Positions 17,737 through 27,290 of a stretch of 64,000 bases of DNA are shown in pieces; within the stretch, counting starts at the first letter, position 1; every line of letters starts with the position of its first letter. Both the position numbers and the translations under genes were made by a program. Below the pieces are notes generated by a model that searched no databases, had not been told where the DNA came from, and was given only the letters and a program-made list of their open reading frames with translations. The stretch is from an uncultured Lentisphaeraceae bacterium (GTDB lineage: Bacteria > Verrucomicrobiota > Kiritimatiellia > RFP12 > UBA1067). The stretch lies in contig CAYLUN010000010.1 of NCBI GenBank assembly GCA_964386865.1, positions 20,754 through 84,753 of the forward strand, read 5' to 3'.

Positions 17737-19305
17737 ATGAGACCCGTGGTACTGATTATCCGTGACGGCTGGGGCATCAACCCCCGCGAGGAAGGCAACG
17801 CCGTGTTTGCGGCCAAGACCCCGGTGGTCGACCGGCTGAAGACCCGCTACCCGTGGACGCGCCTGGCGTGCAGCGGCGAGGCCGTGGGCCTGCCGGACGG
17901 CTATCAGGGCTCGAGCGAGGTCGGCCACCTGAACATGGGCGCGGGCCGCGTCGTGATCCAAGAGCTGAAGCGTATCGACGACGGGCTGAGTACGGGCGAG
18001 CTGTTCACGTCGCCGAAGTGGGCCGGGCTGGTCGCGAACTGGAAGAAGAGCGGCGGCGCGCTGCACTTCCTGGGCCTGCTGCAGGACGAGGGCGTCCACG
18101 CCCACCAGGAGCACCTGTTCAAGCTCATGCGCCGCGCCCGCAGCGACAACCCCGCGGGCCGCATCGTGATCCACCCGTTCCTCGACGGCCGCGACACGCC
18201 GCCGCGCAGCACGCTCGAATACATCGCGCGTCTGGAAAAGGAGATGGCGGCGGTCGGCAACTGCGTGATCGGAACCATCCAAGGACGCTATTACGCGATG
18301 GACCGCTCCAAGAACTACGGCCTCACCGACCAAGCGTACGCCTGCCTCGTGGAGGCGAAGGGCCGCGCGGCGGACAACGCGATCGACGCGGTCAAGGCGT
18401 CGTACGACAAGGACATCACGCCGGACAAGACGCCGATGGTGGACGAGTACATCCCGCCGCACGTCATCGGCAGCTACGCGGGCATCAAGGACGGCGACTC
18501 GGTCATGCACATCAACTATCGTCAGGATCGGGCGATCCAGCTTACGCAGGCCTTCGTGTGCGACGGCTACAAGGGCACGCGCGCCGTGCGCCCGCAGGTC
18601 GTCTACCTCGGCTTCACCCGCTACTGGGACGAGTTCACCGAATACCTGCTGGGCGCCATGGGCGGCGAGGGCGGCATGCCGAACCTGCTGGGCGAGGTGA
18701 TCTCAAAGGCGGGGCTGCGCCAGCTTCGCATCGCGGAGACGCAGAAGTTCCGCCACGTCACGAGCTTCTTTAACGGCAAGTCCACCCAGCCCTATGCGGG
18801 CGAGGACCAGGTCGAAGTGCCCGGGCGGTTCGATCCGGCGACTTTCGCTAGCCATCCGGAGATGGATGCGTATCAGGTGGCCGAGGAGCTGCTCAAGCGG
18901 CTCGCGAACAACCCCTACGCGTTTGTCGCGGTGAACTTTGCGAACGGCGACATGGTGGGCCACACCGGCGACTTCGACGCGGCGCGCCGTGCGGTGGAGG
19001 TGGTGGACGCGTGCATCGGCAAGCTGCTGCCGCGTTTGCTTGAGCTGGACGCGCAGGTGCTGATTACCGCCGACCATGGCAACTCGGAGCAGATGCTCGA
19101 CTACACGACGGGCATGGTGAAGACCAGCCACACGCTGAACGACGTGGAGTGCATCTACGTCGCGAAGGATGCGGTCGGCGTCAAGCTCCTGCCGGCGGGC
19201 AAGCTGTGCGACGTCGCGCCGACGGTGCTGGCGCTGCTGGGCCTGCCGCAGCCGGCGGACATGACGGCGCAGAACCTGGTGGTCGGGCGTCCGGACTGGG
19301 AGTAG
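17737..19305 (+). CDS. gpmI: 2,3-bisphosphoglycerate-independent phosphoglycerate mutase
   Basis: 522 aa. iPGM motifs ('LIIRDGWG', 'SSEVGHLNMGAGR', 'ADHGNSE'). Confidence 0.9.
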   Translation: MRPVVLIIRDGWGINPREEGNAVFAAKTPVVDRLKTRYPWTRLACSGEAVGLPDGYQGSSEVGHLNMGAGRVVIQELKRIDDGLSTGELFTSPKWAGLVANWKKSGGALHFLGLLQDEGVHAHQEHLFKLMRRARSDNPAGRIVIHPFLDGRDTPPRSTLEYIARLEKEMAAVGNCVIGTIQGRYYAMDRSKNYGLTDQAYACLVEAKGRAADNAIDAVKASYDKDITPDKTPMVDEYIPPHVIGSYAGIKDGDSVMHINYRQDRAIQLTQAFVCDGYKGTRAVRPQVVYLGFTRYWDEFTEYLLGAMGGEGGMPNLLGEVISKAGLRQLRIAETQKFRHVTSFFNGKSTQPYAGEDQVEVPGRFDPATFASHPEMDAYQVAEELLKRLANNPYAFVAVNFANGDMVGHTGDFDAARRAVEVVDACIGKLLPRLLELDAQVLITADHGNSEQMLDYTTGMVKTSHTLNDVECIYVAKDAVGVKLLPAGKLCDVAPTVLALLGLPQPADMTAQNLVVGRPDWE

Positions 19306-19326
19306 CGGGCAAAGGCAGGGGGCGCA

Positions 19327-20535
19327 ATGTTGAAGACGGGACGCGTGTTTGCGGCGGCCGCGAGCCTCTGGCTGGCGGCCACGTCCGCGCTCGCCGTCCT
19401 GAAGTTTGACAACAGCTACTACAGCGTCCGCAACAAGGAGCGCGAGATCCGCAAAGAGACCTCGATGATCGTGCTGCACACGACCGAGGCGCCGTCGCGC
19501 AGCGCGCTGCGCAAGCTGAGCGATCTGGGCGAGTGCCATTTCTGCATCGATGAGGCCGGCAAGGTCTACCGCGTCATCGATCACCGCCGCGAGGCGTTCC
19601 ATGCGGGAAGGAGCATGTGGAACGGGCGCTCCAACGTGGACGATTTTTCGGTGGGCATCGAGGTCTGCGGCTATCACAACAAGCCGCTGGGGGCCGAGCA
19701 GATCCGCGCGCTGGCCGCGCTGGTCGGCGAGCTGAAGCACATCTACAAGGTGCCGGATCAGAACGTGCTGGCGCACTCGCATGTGGCGTACGGCGCGCCC
19801 AACAAGTGGCAGCCCCGCAGCCACCGCGGCCGCAAGCGGTGCGGCATGATGTTCGCCCTGCCCTCGCTGCGGGCGCAGCTGAACCTCAAGGCGCGCCCAG
19901 CCGTCGACCCCGATGTGAAGGCGCGCCGGCTGGTGGTTGCCGACGCGTATCTGGCGCAGGTGCTGTACGGAGCGGTGCAGACCCGGCAAGTTGTCGCTTC
20001 GGCGGCCAAGTCCGATTCGAGCGTGATTGGGAAGGACCGGGGCGCGTGGGATATCGCCCGCGACGCCTACGACGACCCGACGACCCTCTACGTGTTTCCG
20101 GACGGCACGCGCAAGCGCGGCAACCAGATCGGCAACTTCAAGCTGCTGCCGTCGGGCACCAAGGTGACGGTCAACGCGCCTGCGGACAACCGCGCGGAAA
20201 CCTATCAGGTCGTGGGCGTGAACGGCCGCGCGCAGGACATCGCCGGCGACGAGGTCTTGGCCGTGTCCACGCTCTATGTGTATCCTGACGGCCGCTACGT
20301 GCGGGGCAGCCAGTTGACCGCCGCTGCGGTGCTCAAGCTGCCCTACGGCACCAAGGTGCTGCTGGGGTATTCCGTGGGCGGGCCGATTTCGGCCGGCCTG
20401 CCCGCGACGGCGATCTGCGGCAACCGCTGGCGCTCGGCGGACACGTTCTTCCTGATCTCAAGCGTGCTCGTTCCCGGCAACAAGGTCGACGACAGCAAGA
20501 TCCCCGCCGGAACCATGTTGTTCTTCAAGAGCTGA
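19327..20535 (+). CDS. N-acetylmuramoyl-L-alanine amidase (Amidase_2/PGRP, AmpD-like) with signal peptide and tandem C-terminal repeats
   Basis: 'IVLHTTE', 'HAGRSMWN', 'SVGIE', 'AHSH' amidase_2 zinc-site pattern. Two ~30-aa repeats 'LYV[FY]PDG..RG.Q.....KL..GTKV' at the C-terminus. Confidence 0.75.
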   Translation: MLKTGRVFAAAASLWLAATSALAVLKFDNSYYSVRNKEREIRKETSMIVLHTTEAPSRSALRKLSDLGECHFCIDEAGKVYRVIDHRREAFHAGRSMWNGRSNVDDFSVGIEVCGYHNKPLGAEQIRALAALVGELKHIYKVPDQNVLAHSHVAYGAPNKWQPRSHRGRKRCGMMFALPSLRAQLNLKARPAVDPDVKARRLVVADAYLAQVLYGAVQTRQVVASAAKSDSSVIGKDRGAWDIARDAYDDPTTLYVFPDGTRKRGNQIGNFKLLPSGTKVTVNAPADNRAETYQVVGVNGRAQDIAGDEVLAVSTLYVYPDGRYVRGSQLTAAAVLKLPYGTKVLLGYSVGGPISAGLPATAICGNRWRSADTFFLISSVLVPGNKVDDSKIPAGTMLFFKS

Positions 20536-20561
20536 AGACGGTAGAGGGTGGGGGAGGTTCA

Positions 20562-20612
20562 GCGGTAGGGACGCCGCCCCGCCGGCGTCCGCGGACGGCA
20601 AGGGGCCGCCTC
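20562..20612. repeat. REP-like GC-rich element, copy B (between convergent amidase and coaC genes)
   Basis: GCGGTAGGGACGCCGCCCCGCCGGCGTCCGCGGACGGCAAGGGGC matches the 6197 element (~45/47 nt). Followed by a CTCAGCGGCTGAG hairpin that overlaps the coaC stop. Confidence 0.5.
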
Positions 20613-20614
20613 AC

Positions 20615-21151
20615 TCAGCGGCTGAGCAGGCGCTGGGATGCCGCATACACCTCTGCGGCCTCGGCCATGCGCCCTTTGCCCGTGGTGCCGCAGGCGAGGT
20701 CGCCCGTTCCCGCATCCACAAAGGTCGCGCCCCGCGCCGCGAGCGCCGCGAGATTGGCCTGCGTGGCCGGGTTCTCCCACATTCCCGTGTTCATGGCCGG
20801 GGCCACCAGCAGCGGCGCGCGCGTGGCCAGCGCCGTGGCGGTCAGCAAGTCGTCGGCCAGGCCGTGCGCCAGCTTGGCGGCCACGTTCGCGGTGCAGGGC
20901 GCAACCACCAGAAGCTCCGCGCGCTCGGCCAGCGAGATGTGTCCGGGAATCCACTCGTCGGGCTCGTCAAAGAGGTCGACGCCCACGGGGTTGCGCGAGA
21001 GGGTACGGAAGGTGAGGGGGGAGACGAACCGCGTGGCGGCCTGCGTCATAAGCACGTGAACGTCGTGCCCGCCTTTGATGAACAGGCGCGTCAGCTCGCA
21101 CGCCTTGTAGGCGGCGATGGAGCCGGTGACTCCCAGCAGGATGTTGGCCAT
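20615..21151 (-). CDS. coaC: phosphopantothenoylcysteine decarboxylase-type flavoprotein (stand-alone CoaC)
   Basis: 178 aa. 'ILLGVTGSIAAYKA' flavoprotein N-terminus and 'PAMNTGMWENP' motif. Confidence 0.7.
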   Translation of the reverse strand: MANILLGVTGSIAAYKACELTRLFIKGGHDVHVLMTQAATRFVSPLTFRTLSRNPVGVDLFDEPDEWIPGHISLAERAELLVVAPCTANVAAKLAHGLADDLLTATALATRAPLLVAPAMNTGMWENPATQANLAALAARGATFVDAGTGDLACGTTGKGRMAEAAEVYAASQRLLSR

Positions 21152-21201
21152 GGCGGAGCCTTCAGTTAGGAGTTAGGATTTAGGAGTTGGGGGAGGGGGC
21201 G

Positions 21202-21795
21202 TCAGATCAGGCCAGCCCTGACGTTGATGATGTCGCAGAGCCGCTTGAACGCGGTTTGCAGGTCGTCGTTCTCGATCTGGTACATGTACGAGCCGGCGTG
21301 CGCCATCTCCCGCTCCGCGTTTCGGACGCGCTTTTCGATGACCGCCGGGGAATCGGTGCCCCGGTGCTCCAGGCGGGCCAGCAGCTCGTCCATCGAGGGC
21401 GGGTTGATGAAGATGTCGAGGAACCCGCGCCGCATCGGGTCGTCGTCCGGGAGTTCGGACACGTGCTTGCGCACCTGCTCCGCGCCGGCCACGTCGATGT
21501 CGAGCAGGATGCACTGGCTCTCGCGCAGGGCTTCATAGATCGGCGCTTTCAGCGTGCCGTAGTAGTTGTCGTGCACCAGCGCGTGCTCGAGGAAGCTGCC
21601 CTCCGCGACCAGCTTCTTAAAGGACTCGATCGTCATGAAGTGGTAATCGACGCCGTCCTCCTCGTTCAGGCGCGGCTCGCGGGTCGTGCAGGAGACCGAG
21701 TAGCAGAGCTCGGGATAGCTCTGCAGCAGCATGTCGCACAGCGTGGTCTTGCCGGCGCCTGAGGGCGCGGAAATCACAATGAAAAGCGGGGTCAT
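21202..21795 (-). CDS. gmk: guanylate kinase
   Basis: P-loop 'SAPSGAGKTT' and guanylate kinase fold motifs. Start assigned to MTPLFIVIS (ATG 21795) within longer ORF 21202..21846. Confidence 0.85.
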   Translation of the reverse strand: MTPLFIVISAPSGAGKTTLCDMLLQSYPELCYSVSCTTREPRLNEEDGVDYHFMTIESFKKLVAEGSFLEHALVHDNYYGTLKAPIYEALRESQCILLDIDVAGAEQVRKHVSELPDDDPMRRGFLDIFINPPSMDELLARLEHRGTDSPAVIEKRVRNAEREMAHAGSYMYQIENDDLQTAFKRLCDIINVRAGLI

Positions 21796-22228
21796 CAAGG
21801 TTCTCCTCTGACGCGCAAGCCCGGAACGGGCTCCGTTCGTTTCCAATGCGGTTGTAGTTTAGCCGGTCGGCCGGGTTCTGGCAAAGGCGAAAATGGAAAC
21901 GCGGAATCGGTTGGTGACGGGGGTGTGCGAAAACGGTGCGTTTCAGAGAAAAGCGTGGCGCAGGACTGGGAGTGCGGGCGCCCCCGCCCGCCGAAGCTGC
22001 GTTTACACGACAGCCCGCCAGCGGTTGTTTCCCGTTTGGCTACGCGTCTGCATGGCTCAGCCTTTCACACGGCGGGCGGGGGCGCCCGCCCTCCCAGTCG
22101 CTCCGCACACGCTGCGCACTGAACTCGCGAGACCCCTGGTACAAGCCGATAATGAAGTTGCGGAATCGACGCACCGGGCGGCTTCTGATAAAATCCGCTC
22201 AATTGTCCAACGGGATGGAGAACCGACT

Positions 22229-25200
22229 ATGCGTGACCTGTTTTGTTCCCTGTTGACCCTTTCGCTTTCGGCGCTGCCGCTGCTGGCGCAGCGCCCGCCC
22301 GCCAGCCCCTACGGCGTCTGCGCACATCTTGCGCGCGGCGGCGAGGCCAAGACCCAGGTCGAGGAGCTGCGGCTGATGAACGAGGCCGGCATCGCGTGGG
22401 CGCGCTCGGACTTCGACTGGAGCGGCGTGCAGCCCAACCCCGACACGTGGGCCTTCGAGCACCTCGACGCCGTGATCGGCAACGCCGAGAAGGCGGGCGT
22501 GCAGATGCTGCCGATCCTCGACTACAGCGTGTCATTCGCCAACCCCGCGCACCAGCACCTCGACCTGTGGGAGAAGTACGTGCTCATGATGGTCGAGCGC
22601 TACCACGCGCGCCTGCCCGTGTGGGAGGTGTGGAACGAGGAGAACATCCCAGGGTTTTGGAAAGACCCCAAAGCGGACGACTACCTGCCGCTGCTGAAAA
22701 AGAGCTACGAGACCGTCAAGTCCGTCGACCCGAACCTGCTCGTCGCGCTCGGCGGCACCGCGGGCGTGGCGCTCGAGTACATCGAGCGCCTCTACGAAAT
22801 CGGCGGCGCCAAGTACTTCGACATCATGAACGTCCACCCGTACAGCCACCCCGCCGTGCCCGAGGAGAGCCTGGAGAAGCGGCTCGGCGACCTGAAGGCG
22901 CTCATGGCCAAGCACGGCGATGCGGCGAAGCCGGTGTGGCTCACCGAGATCGGCTGGCCCACCCAGAAGCAGAGGCTCGCCGCGCCGGGCGTGATCAAGG
23001 CGGGCCTCAAGGCAGCGAAGCCCGACAAGAAGGGCGCGTGGCGTATTCTCGTGCTGGATGACCCCGCGCTCTCAGCCACCGCCGCGCCCTCGGACGCGCT
23101 GCTGGCGGACGAAGTGCCGGCCAACGCGCGCGTGCAGCGCGTCACCTTCGACGCCCTGCTCGCCACGCTCGACGCCTACGACGTCGACGCCGTGATCCTG
23201 CCGTTCAGCGAATCCTTCCCATCGGACAGCTTCGACAAGCTGCTCGCCTACGTGCGGCGCGGCGGCATTCTGATCGAGTGCGGCGGCATGCCGATCTGGG
23301 AGCCGATGACACGCAAGGCGGACGGCATATGGGAGAAGTCCAAGGAGTACGGCGAGAAATACCGCGACCAACTCCGCATCGGCGTGGAGGCGTGGTGGAC
23401 CAAGAAGGGCGTGATTCCCGAGAAGATGCCCGTGACGTTTGTCGGGCCTGCCGATGGAACGCCGCAGCCCAAGGAGGGCTTCGAGGCCGAGCGCTTCCTG
23501 ACGCCGAACAAGTTCAAGGAGGGCGACCAGTTCATTCCGCTGCTATCGGGCAAAACGGGCGAGTACGCCGGCGTGGCGGCGGCCGTCTACAAATTCAACA
23601 GCGACCTCAAGGGAGCGGTCATCGTCTCCGCGCTGTTCGAGCGCGGCCAGCAGGGCAACAGCGAGGCCAAGCAGGCCAAGATGGTGACGCGCGCCTACCT
23701 CATCGCCTTGCGCTTCGGCGTCGAGCGGATGTTCTGGTACGAGCTGCAGGCGCCGGAAGCGGACGACCTCGACCCCGAGAGCCATTTCGGCCTGGTGCAC
23801 CGCGACCTCGCGCCCAAGCCCGCGTTCCTCGCGTACAAGACGCTTACGGCGCAGCGCCCGGCGGGCTCGGCCACGCTCGGCCGGCCGTGGAAATCCGAGG
23901 ACGGCGCGCTCTACTACCCGCAGTGGACGCGGCCCGACGGACGCGCGGCAGGCGCGGTGTGGGCCTACCAGAAGCCCGGCATCTACCGGCTCACCTTCTC
24001 GTCGCCCGACGTCACCTTCACGGCGCACACGGGCGAGCCGGTCGGCACGCAGTGGAGCGGCAGCGCCTGCGTCCTCTCGCTCACCGACGCGCCCGTCTAC
24101 TTCGCGGGCGGCACGCTGGAGAGCGTCAGCGCCGAGTTCGACCGCGAGGAGGCGCTGCGGGCGATGGTTCCGAACGCGTTCGCCGCCGCCGCCGCGCAGT
24201 ACCGCGGCATGCTCAGCCGGCTGGCGGGGACGAAGGACAAGTTCCCGCGCCGCTGGGAGAACGGCCAGCTCGTTACGGTCGATCCCAAGGAGTGGACGAG
24301 CGGCTTCTTCCCCGGCTCGCTCTGGTACCTGTACGAGTTCACGCAGGCGCCCGAGTGGAAAGAGGCGGCCATGCGGTACACGGCGATGCTGGAGCAGATC
24401 CGCCACTACACCGGCAACCACGACATCGGCTTCATGCTGTATTGCAGCTACGGCAACGGCCTGCGCCTCGCCAACCCCGAGGGTTACAAGGAGGTGCTGC
24501 TCGACGGCGCGGCCGCGCTCTGCACGCGCTTCGTGCCGCGGCTGGGCATGATCCGCTCGTGGGACAACTACAGCAACCCGGTCATCATCGACAACATGAT
24601 GAACCTCGAGTTGCTGATGTGGGCGGCCAAGCAGAGCGGCGAGGCGCGCTTCCGCGACGTGGCGGTCAGCCACGCCGACCAGACCCACGCCCGCCACTAC
24701 CGGCCCGACGGCAGCGCCTACCACATCGTGGACTACAATCCCGCCAGCGGAAAGGTCTTCGGCTACTACGCGGGCCAGGGCGCCTCGGCCGACGGCCCGT
24801 GGGCGCGCGGCCAGTCGTGGGGCCTGTACGGGTTCACCATGATGTATCGCGAGACGAAGAAGCCCGAGTACCTCGCGCGGGCGCTCAAGACGGCCGACTT
24901 CCTGTGCGGCCACCGCAACCTGCCGGCCGACAAGATCCCGTACTGGGACTACGAGGCGGCCGAGATCCCGCACGCGCCGCGCGACGTGGCGGCCGGCGCC
25001 ATCATGGCCAGCGCCCTGCTTGAGCTCAGCACCTTCGACGGCGTGCCGAACGCCGCGCGCTACCGCGAAACGGCCGTCCGGCAGCTGCTCGCCCTCAGCT
25101 CGCCCTCCTACCGCGCGGCAGTGGGCGAGAACGGCAACTTCATCCTGATGCACGGCGTCGGCCACCTGCCGGGCGTCAGCGAGATCGACGTGCCGCTCAA

Positions 25201-25255
25201 CTACGCGGACTACTATTTCCTCGAAGGGCTCCTGCGTTTCAAGGCGCTGAAGTAG
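22229..25255 (+). CDS. secreted two-domain glycoside hydrolase: clan GH-A (beta/alpha)8 domain fused to a GH88/GH105-like six-hairpin unsaturated uronyl hydrolase domain
   Basis: Signal peptide MRDLFCSLLTLSLSALPLLAQ. 'VWEVWNEEN' (acid/base NE) and 'WLTEIGWPT' (nucleophile E) in the N-terminal half. C-terminal 'HDIGF', 'IIDNMMNLELL', 'RGQSWGLYG', 'YADYYFLEGL' are typical of GH88/GH105. Start ATG 22229 with GGAG 9 nt upstream. Confidence 0.65.
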   Translation: MRDLFCSLLTLSLSALPLLAQRPPASPYGVCAHLARGGEAKTQVEELRLMNEAGIAWARSDFDWSGVQPNPDTWAFEHLDAVIGNAEKAGVQMLPILDYSVSFANPAHQHLDLWEKYVLMMVERYHARLPVWEVWNEENIPGFWKDPKADDYLPLLKKSYETVKSVDPNLLVALGGTAGVALEYIERLYEIGGAKYFDIMNVHPYSHPAVPEESLEKRLGDLKALMAKHGDAAKPVWLTEIGWPTQKQRLAAPGVIKAGLKAAKPDKKGAWRILVLDDPALSATAAPSDALLADEVPANARVQRVTFDALLATLDAYDVDAVILPFSESFPSDSFDKLLAYVRRGGILIECGGMPIWEPMTRKADGIWEKSKEYGEKYRDQLRIGVEAWWTKKGVIPEKMPVTFVGPADGTPQPKEGFEAERFLTPNKFKEGDQFIPLLSGKTGEYAGVAAAVYKFNSDLKGAVIVSALFERGQQGNSEAKQAKMVTRAYLIALRFGVERMFWYELQAPEADDLDPESHFGLVHRDLAPKPAFLAYKTLTAQRPAGSATLGRPWKSEDGALYYPQWTRPDGRAAGAVWAYQKPGIYRLTFSSPDVTFTAHTGEPVGTQWSGSACVLSLTDAPVYFAGGTLESVSAEFDREEALRAMVPNAFAAAAAQYRGMLSRLAGTKDKFPRRWENGQLVTVDPKEWTSGFFPGSLWYLYEFTQAPEWKEAAMRYTAMLEQIRHYTGNHDIGFMLYCSYGNGLRLANPEGYKEVLLDGAAALCTRFVPRLGMIRSWDNYSNPVIIDNMMNLELLMWAAKQSGEARFRDVAVSHADQTHARHYRPDGSAYHIVDYNPASGKVFGYYAGQGASADGPWARGQSWGLYGFTMMYRETKKPEYLARALKTADFLCGHRNLPADKIPYWDYEAAEIPHAPRDVAAGAIMASALLELSTFDGVPNAARYRETAVRQLLALSSPSYRAAVGENGNFILMHGVGHLPGVSEIDVPLNYADYYFLEGLLRFKALK

Positions 25256-25288
25256 CAGGCTTAAGCCGCCTGAAATGAAAGGCGATCA

Positions 25289-25990
25289 ATGCAGGTCAAA
25301 GAGGAAAGACGTGTTTGGCGCAAGTCAGGTGTTAGCCAGTTGTCGGCAAGACTGAGACGGCTCGGCTGTGCCGTGAGCGCCGCCCTGCTTGCGACGGCGT
25401 TGCGGGCCGGTGATTACACCTAGACGACCAACAGCGGGATCGCCGCCCTGGGAACCGAGGCCTTCTGGCTCTGCGGCGCCCTGACCAACGTCACGCTACG
25501 CGGCTTGCCGGAACGTATCTTGAACGAGTTCGGCGAGCCCTCTTGGCCGTCGCTCGCGAGCGTGTTCGACAGCCTGTCGTACGCGGCGGTCATCGCGGAG
25601 GGCGTGGCGGAGGGCCGCGACTACGCCTTCGAGGGATGTGCGGGACTGGTTCGCGTTTCTCTTCCCACTGGCCTCACGACTATTGGCACGCACGCCTTCA
25701 CCGAGTGTGCGGTAGCCGGCGTGTTCATTCCCGCCCAGGTGTCGTCGATCGGTAACGCCGCATTCTCTTGGTGCTGGCGGCTGGAATCGATCACGGTGGA
25801 CGGCGCGAACCCCCGCTACTGCAGCCTGAACGGTGTGTTGCTGGATCGGGCGGGGGGCGCGCTGGTGCAATGTCCCACGCGCAAGACGGGTGATTTCCCC
25901 GTTCCCGCTGACGTGACTCAACTCGCCGATTATGCCTTCGTGGGGTGCGCCTTGATGGACGGGCTCTACTTCAAAGAACGTTTCGTTGTT
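25289..25990 (+). pseudogene. BspA-type leucine-rich-repeat surface protein remnant with in-frame TAG (25421-25423), C-terminally merged in frame with the downstream SOR ORF
   Basis: ATG 25289 opens a signal-peptide-like 'RLRRLGCAVSAALLATAL', then TAG. The same frame continues with LRR_5 repeats ('IAALGTEAFWLCGALTNVTL', 'AFEGCAGLVRVSLPTGLTTIGTHAFTEC', 'SIGNAAFSWC'). No stop before the SOR start. Confidence 0.4.
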
Positions 25991-26053
25991 CTCAAAGCCG
26001 AATCATTTCGGCTATACTATAGCGCACAACTCCAAAAAGGAAGGATCACCATC

Positions 26054-26443
26054 ATGCTATCAGAATTCGTTAAGACAGCCGATTGGAAGAGCGAGAAGCA
26101 CGTTCCGGTCATCGTGTGCGCGGATAGCGCGGCCCCCGGCGCGGCGCTCGACATCACCGTGACGGTCGGCAAGGAGATCGCCCACCCGAACACCACCAAC
26201 CACCACATCTCGTGGATCGCCCTGCACTTCGTTCCGGCTGGCGCCAAGGCGTCGGTCGAGATCGGCCGCTGCGAGTTCACCGCGCACGGCGAGTCGGTCG
26301 AGGGTGCGGACAAGGGCCCGGCCTACACGGACAGCACGCTCTCGATCCGCGCCAAGCTCGCGGTCTCCGGCACGCTGTACGCCACGTCCTACTGCAACAT
26401 TCACGGCCTGTGGGCGTCGGAGAAGGCCATCGCGATCGTCTAA
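26054..26443 (+). CDS. superoxide reductase (neelaredoxin/desulfoferrodoxin centre II type)
   Basis: 129 aa. 'KHVPVI', 'HPNTTNHHISWIAL' and 'YCNIHGLW' give the SOR Fe(His)4Cys ligand pattern. RBS AAGGAAGGA upstream of ATG 26054. Confidence 0.8.
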   Translation: MLSEFVKTADWKSEKHVPVIVCADSAAPGAALDITVTVGKEIAHPNTTNHHISWIALHFVPAGAKASVEIGRCEFTAHGESVEGADKGPAYTDSTLSIRAKLAVSGTLYATSYCNIHGLWASEKAIAIV

Positions 26444-26510
26444 GGTCGGTGGCGAACGTTAGACCCTATGCGGGCAGGGGCTTTGCGCCCCTGCCTTTTC
26501 TTCATAGGCG

Positions 26511-27290
26511 TTACCGCTTCTTGTCCGCAATGCGGCCGATGAGGCGCAGCAGGCCGTCGAGGATCGTGAGCGGGTGGGGCGGGCAGCCCGGCACGTAGAG
26601 GTCGACCGGCACGATCGCGGACGCGCCATTGTTGGCCTCGGCGTGCCCGATGTAAGGCCCGCCCGAGATGGCGCACGCGCCGACGGCGATCACGATGCGC
26701 GGATCCGAGACGGCGTCGTAGGTTTTCCTGAGCGCGAGGGCCATGTTCTGCGAGACCGGCCCGGTCACCAGAAGGCCATCCGCGTGGCGCGGCGAGGCCA
26801 CGAACTGGATGCCGAAGCGGCCGAGGTCCCAGCCGACCGTGCCCAGCACGTTGGTGTCGGCCTCGCAGGCGTTGCAGCCGGCCGCGCTGACCTGCCGCAG
26901 CTTGAGCGAGCGGCCGAAGAGCGTCTTCAGCTTCGCGTCGAGCGCGGCGCCGGCGATCTCCACCGCCTCGCGTTCGCGGGCCACGAAGAGATCCTGGCGG
27001 CTGCGGGCCGCGAGCTGGTAGCAGGCGGAATGCGTGATGGCCTTCTGCGGGCAGGCGGTGGCGCACGCGGTGCAGAAGAGGCACTTGCCGATGTCGACGC
27101 GGCTGGGGTCTTGCGGGTTGATGGCGCCGGTCGGGCACGCGTCAAAGCAGGCGCGGCAGCCGTCCGCGCATATGGCCGTATCGAACACCGGGCGCCCGCG
27201 GAAGCGGTCGGGCAGCGGCGGGGGCGCGCCGTCGGGATAGGCGATCGTGCGGTGTTTCTGCTGCAGTCGGGCGAGGGTGGCTTTGATCAT
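26511..27290 (-). CDS. Ehr/Hyf-type complex: fused 2x[4Fe-4S] ferredoxin (HyfH/NuoI-like) + NuoB-like small subunit (HyfI-like)
   Basis: N-terminal 'CADGCRACFDACP' and 'CLFCTACATACP' ferredoxin motifs. C-terminal 'GCNACEAD', 'VGACAISGGPY', 'VPGCPPHP' form the NuoB/hydrogenase small-subunit Cys set. Start overlaps the upstream stop (ATGA). Confidence 0.75.
   Translation of the reverse strand: MIKATLARLQQKHRTIAYPDGAPPPLPDRFRGRPVFDTAICADGCRACFDACPTGAINPQDPSRVDIGKCLFCTACATACPQKAITHSACYQLAARSRQDLFVAREREAVEIAGAALDAKLKTLFGRSLKLRQVSAAGCNACEADTNVLGTVGWDLGRFGIQFVASPRHADGLLVTGPVSQNMALALRKTYDAVSDPRIVIAVGACAISGGPYIGHAEANNGASAIVPVDLYVPGCPPHPLTILDGLLRLIGRIADKKR

Noticed and set aside
20559-20954. 131-aa minus-strand ORF overlapping coaC in another frame
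   Set aside because: Gly/Arg/Ala-rich artefact. Its C-terminal 'PCRPRTPAGRRPYR' is merely the translated REP-like DNA repeat shared with 6197.
25505-26053. Treating 25505..26443 as one intact 312-aa gene
   Set aside because: The N-terminal 180 aa are LRR repeats continuous with an upstream frame that is interrupted by TAG at 25421. The C-terminal 129 aa are a complete superoxide reductase with its own RBS and ATG. The two are therefore called separately.
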